Source of the DNA: a virus
Taxonomy: Duplodnaviria > Caudoviricetes
Length of the DNA stretch: 64,000 nucleotides
Direction: 5' to 3' (one strand)
IMG/VR virus record: IMGVR_UViG_2936514734_000001
Span: 128,001 to 192,000 of that record
This document shows positions 56,205 to 64,000 of the stretch, one piece after another. The translations under genes and the position numbers were made by a program. The notes beneath the pieces are model-generated. The model did not search any database and had not been told where the DNA came from. It saw nothing but the letters and a program-made list of their open reading frames with translations. Positions within the stretch are counted from its first letter, which is position 1. Every line of letters starts with the position of its first letter.

Positions 56205-56672
56205 TTAACTAGCTTCCTGGTACTCGACTTGTTCAGATTGTACTTTTTCTTGAGCTTTTAATCTTACTTGCTTTGCATACATTTCTTGTTGCTCTTGTTT
56301 TCTAACGTGTCGAGGAAGGAACATCCTTGCGCCATTAAGACCATACGCAATGCGGTTCCAATCTGTCAAGATGGTTGTTTTGAGCAATTTCGGATTTTGT
56401 AAAATAACATTGTATGCTTCTCTTAGGGTTAAGTCATCTAAATCAATCCCTTGTTCAGTTAAGAAATCGATTGTACTGCCCCGCTGTGTTAATAAGTCAT
56501 CTAAGCCATCTTCAGTAAGATGTAGTAGTGCTTGAAATTCTTTAAAAGTAAAGCGATCTCGCACAATGTGCTTGATTGTGGCATTAAGATTATACTTAGA
56601 TAGTTTTTCAGCCACTTTTTCTCCTTCGGATGTATTGATTGTGTAAATAGTTATAAATTGATTCTCCAACAA
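56205..56672 (-). CDS. Spx/ArsC-family regulator-like protein lacking CxxC
   Basis: ITIYT...LL.LTEDGLDDLL..R...DLDDLTL......I.QNPKLL...I.D..R..G....R.FLPRHVR aligns by eye with Spx. Confidence 0.75.
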   Translation of the reverse strand: MLENQFITIYTINTSEGEKVAEKLSKYNLNATIKHIVRDRFTFKEFQALLHLTEDGLDDLLTQRGSTIDFLTEQGIDLDDLTLREAYNVILQNPKLLKTTILTDWNRIAYGLNGARMFLPRHVRKQEQQEMYAKQVRLKAQEKVQSEQVEYQEAS

Positions 56673-57360
56673 TAATTCCTCCTGATGTTTTGCTTAGCGA
56701 CAACATAAGCACTTGGTTTGAAAAATGCTAGTAGTTTTATCAAAGAAACCACCACCTTTCAAAAATTTTTTTAGCAAAACATCAGTAAACCAAAAAAGGT
56801 GAGGGCGTTAGCCCTCAACCCTTATCTACGAAGTATCGTATTTCATGTATAATTCCCACCTTTCTGATAAATTACAATATCGACATTTTATATTTCATAA
56901 TTCGAGAAAAATTGTCGATATTTATCAATCTTTTACATATTTTTTGTAGATTTCAGCGAAAATGACAATTTTGTAATCAAAAAAAATAACCTTTTCAATT
57001 TAGAAAAAGGTTGTTGCAATAGTATTTTATCCCTTGTATGATTAAAATAAGACAAAAAGATAGCGTATAAAAAATTTGTCAATAGGTTTTTAACATATAT
57101 AAATTTTTTTACGAAAAAAGTACAAAAAAAATAGGCTATCGATGTTCGCTGCATCGTAGCCCGGATAAAAAACTAAAAAAACCAAGAACACATACAATTT
57201 CAGTTACCCACAAAAATTGTGATGTTTAAATAAGAATTTCGATGTACTAATCTTATCATGACTTTTTTAAAAGTTCAATAGTACATATAGTTTTTCTTTG
57301 CCTTTTTTAGTCTTTTATCCTAGTAAACTACAAAAATACTATGGATTGGAGGCTTTTTTC

Positions 57361-58506
57361 ATGTCAAAAAAGCTCATTAAACTTAGCGATATTATTAAAC
57401 AAGAATTCTACCAATTACCTAAACTAGTTGTTTGGAACCAGACATACCGTGAAGGATTAAGCGACGGTGCTAAATTGCTTTACATGATTATTCGTGACCG
57501 CTTTTCATTATCTGTTCATACTTCTGAACAAGAAATTAAACAAGGTAAACCATTAACATATGTAGATCAAGACGAAAACGTATTTTGTATTTTAGACAAT
57601 GGTGAAATCGAATTCACTTTAAATAAAACTAAGAAAACGGCTATTAAATGTATGCAAGAATTAGAAACCTTCGAATTAATTGAAACAAAAGAAGTTGAAG
57701 GTGGCGCAAACAGAATCTACTTGAAAGACTTAGATTCTAGTGGAATCTCTTTAGCAACATTTATTGGCGAGAAAGATTATTATAAGCATGTTCAATCTCG
57801 CAAGAAAAAAGGCAAAGATCCATCTAAGACTTTGGAGGAATTTATCGAAGCTGCTGAAAGACGATTACAAGGTAAAGATGAAAGTAATGAATCCGACAAG
57901 AGTTCAAAAAACAGGGGTGGAAATAATACACCCCCTAGGGATGGAAAAGATACACCCCCCGGGGAGGAAGAAAGTACACCTCTAGGGGATGGAGAAACTG
58001 CACCCCCAGGGGTGGAAAAACTACACCCTAATAAGAATGACTCTAACTCTAATAACTCTAAATCACCTGAAAGTAATGAGAATGAGTTTAATGAATCTTC
58101 TTCTAGTGATAAAGAGCCTAGCGGTTTAGAAGAAGAACAACCAATGATTATCACAGTTGATAATAACTATGCTTTATTGGAGTCTATTAAGCCAATTCAT
58201 GAAATATGCAAAACCCAAAAAGATATTAATGTCGTCAAAAAAGCCCTGATTGAAGCTAAAATAGAGGGTTTCTATAAGTGTGATGTACTTAATGCAATTG
58301 GTTCACATGCTAAGAACATGAATGCTTACAGAGCTAAAGGTGAAACTATCCGCTATGAGCCTGCATTCTTTGCTAATAATCTAGTTGACCGTATCATTTC
58401 TAATGCTGCAGAAAGACAAGCTAAGTCTGAAAAAGAAGCTAAAAAAGCAAAACAACAAACCTTAAATTCTGGACGTATACCCTTTTATAACTTTCTAGAA
58501 GAATAA
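57361..58506 (+). CDS. RepA_N-like replication initiator
   Basis: FYQLPKL....Y..LSDGAKLLY..IRDR..LS...VD...F; central proline-rich iteron-coded linker; PFYNFLE C-terminus. Confidence 0.85.
   Translation: MSKKLIKLSDIIKQEFYQLPKLVVWNQTYREGLSDGAKLLYMIIRDRFSLSVHTSEQEIKQGKPLTYVDQDENVFCILDNGEIEFTLNKTKKTAIKCMQELETFELIETKEVEGGANRIYLKDLDSSGISLATFIGEKDYYKHVQSRKKKGKDPSKTLEEFIEAAERRLQGKDESNESDKSSKNRGGNNTPPRDGKDTPPGEEESTPLGDGETAPPGVEKLHPNKNDSNSNNSKSPESNENEFNESSSSDKEPSGLEEEQPMIITVDNNYALLESIKPIHEICKTQKDINVVKKALIEAKIEGFYKCDVLNAIGSHAKNMNAYRAKGETIRYEPAFFANNLVDRIISNAAERQAKSEKEAKKAKQQTLNSGRIPFYNFLEE
57914..58030. repeat. Five ~24-bp iterons (GGGGTGGAAAnnnTACACCCCC); probable replication origin
   Basis: Tandem imperfect repeats inside rep, as typical for RepA_N origins. 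Confidence 0.8.
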
Positions 58507-58659
58507 GATTCTAGGGGAATCCACTAGAATACATTGTTTTGTAACAAAAAATCATATAATGTCGTAAAAATCTAGTACAATTTATTAGCAATGTATGGTA
58601 TATTGAGTGAGAACACATACAAATATTAATTGATTTAGAGAGAGGAGTTTCGATTTTTT

Positions 58660-59649
58660 ATGGCATTAAATTTGATTTTAGGTGTTGACGCTGGGCTTAA
58701 CTCAGTTAAAGTTGTAGGTCAAAAAGGTGAAACAAAATTCGCATCTGTTGTCACTAGAAAACCTGCACATGCTAAGACTTTCAAAGGCGTTTTAAGCTAT
58801 GAGGAAAAGAATAAACAAAACAGATTTGAATTAACAGTTGATAACAAAGAATATTACTTAGGTGAGCATGCGATCTTTGCTACTAAAAACAGCGGTGTAA
58901 GACGTGGTGGCGGTAGTGATGGTACTGGCTCTAAGAATAATACTAAAGCATTTATCCGCGCTCTAGGTGGAATCTGCTTATATATTGATCATTATGAAAG
59001 ATTCGATGATACAGAGATTAATGTATTTTTAACATATGGTACTCCTATAAACAGTGCAACAAATGATGATGAAATCGAAGAAATTGAAGAGCGCTTCAAA
59101 AACCAAGGACGTCCTATCGAGCTTACATATAACGGCGTTAAACTAAGTATTTCAATCAAGGACATTATTGTATTACCAGAAGGTGCAGCGGCATATTACG
59201 CCAAAGAGGATTATGAAGAAGAAGATGTATATATCCTTGATGCTGGATCACAAACTGTTAACCTTACACACTTAGAAGATGGAGCTCCTGTTCCAAATAG
59301 CTCTGACAACTTAACTGTAGGTGTTGAATTCTACAAAGAAACATACCCTGACAATACCGCTGAAGTATTGAGCGAGGATGCTATTGAGATGTTAAGTGAA
59401 GAGTTAAGATGGCCTAAAGGTTCGAAAATTCATGTGTGTGGTGGATATGCTAATCAATTAGCTTTGGCATTTAATGTAGTAGCTGATGGTAACTATACTG
59501 CAGAAGTATTAGTGCCAGAGATTCCTTTATCAGGAAGACGTGTTAAGACACTTGACCCTATTTATGCAAATGCAACAGGTCTTTTCTTCCTTGCTCTAGA
59601 AGCTTTCCAAGATTACATCAATGTTGCTAAGCCAAAGGTAAAAGGGTGA
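58660..59649 (+). CDS. ParM/Alp actin-like segregation ATPase
   Basis: LGVDAGLNSVK, YGTP, LPEGAAAY, ILDAGSQTVN, VCGGYA, PIYANATG. Confidence 0.88.
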   Translation: MALNLILGVDAGLNSVKVVGQKGETKFASVVTRKPAHAKTFKGVLSYEEKNKQNRFELTVDNKEYYLGEHAIFATKNSGVRRGGGSDGTGSKNNTKAFIRALGGICLYIDHYERFDDTEINVFLTYGTPINSATNDDEIEEIEERFKNQGRPIELTYNGVKLSISIKDIIVLPEGAAAYYAKEDYEEEDVYILDAGSQTVNLTHLEDGAPVPNSSDNLTVGVEFYKETYPDNTAEVLSEDAIEMLSEELRWPKGSKIHVCGGYANQLALAFNVVADGNYTAEVLVPEIPLSGRRVKTLDPIYANATGLFFLALEAFQDYINVAKPKVKG

Positions 59650-59654
59650 TTTAA

Positions 59655-60215
59655 TTGGCTAATAACGAAAACAAATCCAAAGCTAAAAAGAAACCTTCAA
59701 ATCAACAGCATAAAACTGTTTACTTCAATACGCACAATGTAAATGATGTTCAGTTGTACAAATATGCTCAAAGTGTGGGTGTTAGAAACTTTAGCGGTTG
59801 GGTTAAAAGTCTAATTTATCAAGAGATGGTTAGACGAAATGGTGCTCCACCTAACCCATATGAATACGCATCACTTCCTGCTATGGAAGTTGAACAGCAA
59901 GAATCGGTAGAAATTCCTGTTAGATCGATACCAGCTAAAACACAAGGACAATCAATCAAGTTGAAGCCTAAACAGGAAACGGTACCTGAGCAACCTACGA
60001 AACCTGTTGTAGAAGAAACAGAAGTTATTGAAGAAAAACAACAAGTAAAAGAAGAAGAGCCTGCAGTGCAGGAAGTAAATAAAACCAATGAAACAAATGA
60101 GGAAGTAGTTGTAGAGGCTAGTTCTGAAGGGTCTAATGGTGATGAAATAGACATTAGTCGTACTAATCGTGCAGCTAAAGCAAGAAGCATGTTAGGTAAT
60201 AGAGCAAGAAGATAA
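59655..60215 (+). CDS. ParR-like DNA-binding adaptor
   Basis: KTVYFN....D.QLY.YA.....NFSGWVKSLI RHH-like N-terminus, disordered tail; follows the actin gene. Confidence 0.7.
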   Translation: MANNENKSKAKKKPSNQQHKTVYFNTHNVNDVQLYKYAQSVGVRNFSGWVKSLIYQEMVRRNGAPPNPYEYASLPAMEVEQQESVEIPVRSIPAKTQGQSIKLKPKQETVPEQPTKPVVEETEVIEEKQQVKEEEPAVQEVNKTNETNEEVVVEASSEGSNGDEIDISRTNRAAKARSMLGNRARR

Positions 60216-60219
60216 TTAG

Positions 60220-60260
60220 AAATAAGCCCCGTCAAATAATGACGGCGGCTTATTTTTTTT
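60220..60260 (+). terminator. Intrinsic terminator of the par operon
   Basis: AAATAAGCC-CCGTCA...TGACGG-CGGCTTATTTTTTTT. Confidence 0.75.
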
Positions 60261-60298
60261 GTGAGAAATTACTAGTTTTTAATAGATTCCACTAGAAT

Positions 60299-60877
60299 CT
60301 AGGCTAATAACCTAAGATCCATTAAACCTGTTGCTTGGAAGTTCTTATTACTTTCCGTAGCGTATGACCTTATATGAGGGACTAAGTTAATACCTTCTTC
60401 AATGTTTTTTAATAAGATTTTTTTAAAAGTATCTAAGTCATTTGTAGAAGTTAATTCAATTATATTTAATATAAATTCAGCAGAAATAACTGGGCCTTCT
60501 ATATCTGGATGTTCTAATTGACTAAATAATTCTTCTGATATTTCAGGACGATACTTATACAAAATCATTTCATTGCCTTGTATGCTGTCGAATGGGATTT
60601 TTTTAGAAATAAGGTGGTTTTCAATATTAACTAAGCGTTCTTCATCCCATATATCATTATCCATGATGGAAAATACTCCATTGTCATCCCATATGTCCAT
60701 ATGTGTAACAGATTCAATAGCATCAATACAGTGTTTAACTAGGGCAGGATCATCCTTTGAGATACCTAAATTATTTGCTATTGCATCTACATTTATATTA
60801 ATAGACTGATCAGAAACAATATATCTAATACTTTCTATATCTAATAACAATGTTGGAACGTGAATAAAAGCGGACAT
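60299..60877 (-). CDS. Hypothetical protein
   Basis: 192-aa ORF, AAAGGAG RBS. Confidence 0.65.
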   Translation of the reverse strand: MSAFIHVPTLLLDIESIRYIVSDQSININVDAIANNLGISKDDPALVKHCIDAIESVTHMDIWDDNGVFSIMDNDIWDEERLVNIENHLISKKIPFDSIQGNEMILYKYRPEISEELFSQLEHPDIEGPVISAEFILNIIELTSTNDLDTFKKILLKNIEEGINLVPHIRSYATESNKNFQATGLMDLRLLA

Positions 60878-60936
60878 TTAAAAACTCCTTTCTAAAAATA
60901 GGGGAGGGGTAGAAAAGTTACACCCCCCTAAATTAT

Positions 60937-61419
60937 TTATCTGTCATAAGTTAATACTAAATCCATTTCCATTCGCTCTTCTTCAGACATTTTGTTCAAA
61001 CCTAATTTTGCTACAGCTGGATTAGCATAATATAGTTCATACACTAATTTCTGTAGTTTAGATAGACCAAGTATTCTTTTGACTTTTTCTTTACATTGAA
61101 GTTTTATAACATAATTAGATTCTTTTTCAACGGTGAGTTTGTCACTTATAAAAAGTGCTGTATTTAATTCTCTTTCAAACAATGATACTTCATCCATGGC
61201 GAGAACATTGCGTTCACACAATTGGAATAAATCAATTCGGAATGTTTTTCCGGTATTCACAATTTCGTTTTCAATCCATTCTAAAGACTTTTTGGCAAGG
61301 ATACTTACATCATTTGATTCGTTTCTTACAGCAACAATAACTGATTCTAATTTAGTCATCACTTTTTTATCATTAACATTAAACATTATTTGGTTTCCCC
61401 CTCGTGGTGATTGTTTCAA
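60937..61419 (-). CDS. Hypothetical protein
   Basis: ORF; start probably MFNVND. Confidence 0.6.
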   Translation of the reverse strand: MKQSPRGGNQIMFNVNDKKVMTKLESVIVAVRNESNDVSILAKKSLEWIENEIVNTGKTFRIDLFQLCERNVLAMDEVSLFERELNTALFISDKLTVEKESNYVIKLQCKEKVKRILGLSKLQKLVYELYYANPAVAKLGLNKMSEEERMEMDLVLTYDR

Positions 61420-61594
61420 GTCATGTTGGATTCTCTGTTGTAAGAGTTTCTCATATAATCTATTGAAAACTACTAATTTCTATTTAATTTTAGTGGATTA
61501 AACTATATTTCAATACATTCTAATTTGTTTCACTAGTATCTACGTTATTGTAGTTATTAGTATGTATAATATGAGTGCGATTGTTTCAAATATA

Positions 61595-61894
61595 TTAGTT
61601 TATTAATGCAAAAATTTCATTACTTAAAGTTGTTAATCTATTGTATTCACCAATAACTGCGTCTTCAATAATCTTTCTAGCTTCAGCATTGACTGGGTTA
61701 GCCATATCTTTAAATTTGCCTCCAGGCATCTTCTTAGAAGGCATAGCAACCATTAATTTACCGCTTCTATTTTCTACTATGCGGATATCATTCAGAGCAA
61801 TCATGCCATTGACGATAATATTGCAAATTGCTTTCATTCCATTCCCATCTTTGATTTTCATTTTAATATCTGTAATTGTTAGTCCGTATTCCAT
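61595..61894 (-). CDS. spoVG: SpoVG-family protein
   Basis: ITDIKM....GMKAIC.I......NDIRIVE..GKLMVAMPSKK...GKFKDMANPVN.EAR..IEDAV..EY. Confidence 0.9.
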   Translation of the reverse strand: MEYGLTITDIKMKIKDGNGMKAICNIIVNGMIALNDIRIVENRSGKLMVAMPSKKMPGGKFKDMANPVNAEARKIIEDAVIGEYNRLTTLSNEIFALIN

Positions 61895-62106
61895 GTCATA
61901 ATCTCTCCTTTAAAATTTATATCTATTTATATTTTAAGGATAAGTGTAATTGATCATCCCTTATATTATAGTAACCTTAGAATATACCCCATTTTTATAT
62001 ATACGTTTTAACTGTTGTGTTGTACCCTAATATAAATTCACAGATGCATAAAAAAAGACCCCCTAGAATTAGGGGATCATTGAATTTATCGCATCAACTC
62101 CATAAT

Positions 62107-62829
62107 TTATGATAATTGCTTTTTTACTTCATTGCTTAATACTTGTTGACGAATAGCTTTTGATAGATCCTGTACATTAGTTCCGGCCTGTTGTACTAAT
62201 GAGTTAGTAGCTTGTTCCGTAGAAGCATCAACCTCGACTGTTACATCTCGGCGTAACTCTGCAATGATGTCACTCATATTGCGAGTAGTAGTTGAAGTCT
62301 CCTGTGGAGCTGAAGGCTCCGTAGATGTTTCAACAGCTTCTGATTGTTCAACAGCTTCTTGAATAGTTTCAGGAGCTACAACTGATAAGTTTTGTTGTGC
62401 TTGAACTTGATTAGCAATTAACTCAGATAAGTTTACTGCTGGCTGAGCTTCTTGTTCAGTAACTTGTTGTTTAATAATTTCAGATAAAGATGGTGTCGGA
62501 GCAGAAGGGACAACCACTACAGGTTCTGCATTTTGTTGAGCAGCAATTTGACTAGCTATTTGTTGATTTAGTACAGATTGGCGCACTCGATCTTCAACAG
62601 AAACTTCCTCGTCCTCAAAATCTTCTTCATCATCTTCAAAATCCTCTTCGATGTCCTCGTCGTCTTCGATATCTTGAAGTTCTGCCATACGATTATGAAC
62701 AGTATCAAGTAGACCCTGAGTTTTCTCGTTGATGTAACTAATTAATCCTGCCTTAAATGATTCAAGCTCTGATCTAACCTCTTCTAATACTGCTAATTCT
62801 TCATGTTTTTCCATTGTAAAACCCTCCAA
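62107..62829 (-). CDS. Acidic, largely disordered protein with repeated LSExI..Q helices
   Basis: SLSEIIKQQV, NLSELIANQV, NMSDIIAEL, DLSKAIRQQV. Confidence 0.7.
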   Translation of the reverse strand: MEGFTMEKHEELAVLEEVRSELESFKAGLISYINEKTQGLLDTVHNRMAELQDIEDDEDIEEDFEDDEEDFEDEEVSVEDRVRQSVLNQQIASQIAAQQNAEPVVVVPSAPTPSLSEIIKQQVTEQEAQPAVNLSELIANQVQAQQNLSVVAPETIQEAVEQSEAVETSTEPSAPQETSTTTRNMSDIIAELRRDVTVEVDASTEQATNSLVQQAGTNVQDLSKAIRQQVLSNEVKKQLS

Positions 62830-62915
62830 TAAATTATATAAAAGATAAATGTTATATTTGGCTTAACAAACATAACGGTTTGAACACGAAAGTCAATACT
62901 TCCTGAAAAATAATA

Positions 62916-63004
62916 GGGGAATGTGAACGGGATTCGAACCCGTGACCCAAGTACCTAGCATACGCATTATAGGTCCATCGCTCTACCTACTGAGCTATCA
63001 CATC
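62916..63004 (-). ncRNA. Isolated tRNA-like RNA with expanded anticodon arm
   Basis: Acceptor GATGTGA/TCACATT; canonical D-arm GCTC/GAGC; T-arm ACGGG-TTCGAAT-CCCGT; ACCTA/TAGGT stem with 12-nt loop. Confidence 0.6.
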
Positions 63005-63272
63005 ATGGAATACAAAAAGGGTAGGGGCGTTAGCCCCTAAACCCCAATGTAATTAATATTTTTAAAAATAAAAAGCTACGAGCCTCATAGACCCGTAGCG
63101 GTTAACTAACTTTAGTATTGTATTCACGTGTCTTCCTTTTAGCAGAGGACTCGCTTGTTCTTGGTTTTTTCTTACGTGTCGGTTCGCCTTCACGCTTTTT
63201 CTTTTTCATTTAAATTCCCCCTAGATTAATCTTCTAGAGTATATGGGATTGTGTCCTGAAATATGAGTCTAA

Positions 63273-63461
63273 TTATTCATACTTAACCGTGCCAACAACA
63301 TTGCCGTTAATATCTAAGAGCTTGCTTGGCTTGTTATTGTTAGCAATATTCTCAGCTAAACCTATCAATATTCTAGATAATTCAAGATGACCATTATCAT
63401 CAAATGCTGAATTACATGTTTCTATACTAACCGATACTTTCTCCAAAAATTTCACCTCCAA
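63273..63461 (-). CDS. Hypothetical protein
   Basis: NSAFDD...EL.RIL...LLDINGNVVG. Confidence 0.6.
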   Translation of the reverse strand: MEVKFLEKVSVSIETCNSAFDDNGHLELSRILIGLAENIANNNKPSKLLDINGNVVGTVKYE

Positions 63462-63680
63462 TCAATGCAAGGGGATTAATGTAATACTGTCTGACTCTGA
63501 CTTAATAAACTCTTCTAGTTCGCCAAGATTTCTAAAACACTTGTCGTGCTCAAAACCATTGTCGATGTTTTGTAGTTTAATATGTAAGAAGTCATTAGTA
63601 ACTTTATAAACTAGTTTTCCAAGGATCCCTGTGTCTTCAATTAACAGGTCACCAATCTCTACATGGTTGCTATGGATCAA
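63462..63680 (-). CDS. Hypothetical protein
   Basis: 72-aa ORF with GAGGTG RBS. Confidence 0.55.
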   Translation of the reverse strand: MIHSNHVEIGDLLIEDTGILGKLVYKVTNDFLHIKLQNIDNGFEHDKCFRNLGELEEFIKSESDSITLIPLH

Positions 63681-64000
63681 ACCAACTCACCTCAATTCTA
63701 TATGTTTTATGTTTGATAAAATGTCTAGCCATTGTTGAACACCTCCTTCGTGTAGAATTAATCATGATAAAAACTCCCCAATCAATAGAAAGGGGAGTGA
63801 GGAGCTAAATTAAAAAACACTAATTAAAACTAATAATAACTGTTTTCCACTAGAATCTATCAAAAAATAATTTATTTTAATTTATAATGTTATATTAAAT
63901 TGTTTTGTACTATAAAAAACTGAAATCTAATGTGTCGTCTTACCGCATGGTTGGGTGTAAATAGCCGTACATATAGCTATCAATAAAGTTACGACACAAT

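Noticed and set aside
56933-57154. 73-aa minus ORF in the AT-rich gap before rep
   Set aside because: Low-complexity F/K-rich translation of a divergent promoter region.
1826-61901. Numerous short + strand ORFs antisense to minus-strand genes (e.g. 3910, 5656, 9220, 28749, 36481, 52699, 61133) and minus ORFs inside rep/par (57792, 59819)
   Set aside because: Shadow ORFs of well-supported genes on the opposite strand; no RBS or recognisable motifs.
63211-63226. ATTCCCCCTAGA as another copy of the dispersed motif
   Set aside because: More simply the GGGGG Shine-Dalgarno of a small basic minus-strand ORF; not counted.

Overview
AT-rich, almost entirely minus-strand segment of a large Bacillaceae phage or phage-plasmid; no virion structural genes fall in this window. 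It carries replication, recombination and nucleotide genes (SNF2-type helicase, PcrA, Sak, RecA, SSB, DnaE, RNase H, ThyA/Tdk/Tmk/Dut) and a plasmid-type maintenance module on the + strand (RepA_N-like initiator with internal iterons, ParM-like actin, adaptor). It also has two LysM amidases, a holin, an RtcB/SLOG-macro/NADAR repair cluster, host-regulator homologues (SpoVG, Spx-like) and a ~3.6 kb tRNA array. The most unusual content is: (1) two ubiquitin-like conjugation modules (ThiF E1 + Prok-E2 + Ubl), one with a JAB protease and a four-unit head-to-tail 'polyubiquitin' precursor capped by one extra residue; (2) a kinase-less membrane sensor / unannotated secreted peptide (...SLSWWWH) / LytTR operon that looks like a peptide signalling system; (3) unexplained structured RNAs: tandem scaffold RNAs with variable anti-RBS segments, a circularly permuted tRNA, a 174-nt CCA-ended kissing-loop tRNA mimic, anticodon-less mini-tRNAs, a 327-nt AAAG-repeat RNA and a ~430-nt RNA. 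All family calls are from motif recognition by eye; no searches were run.
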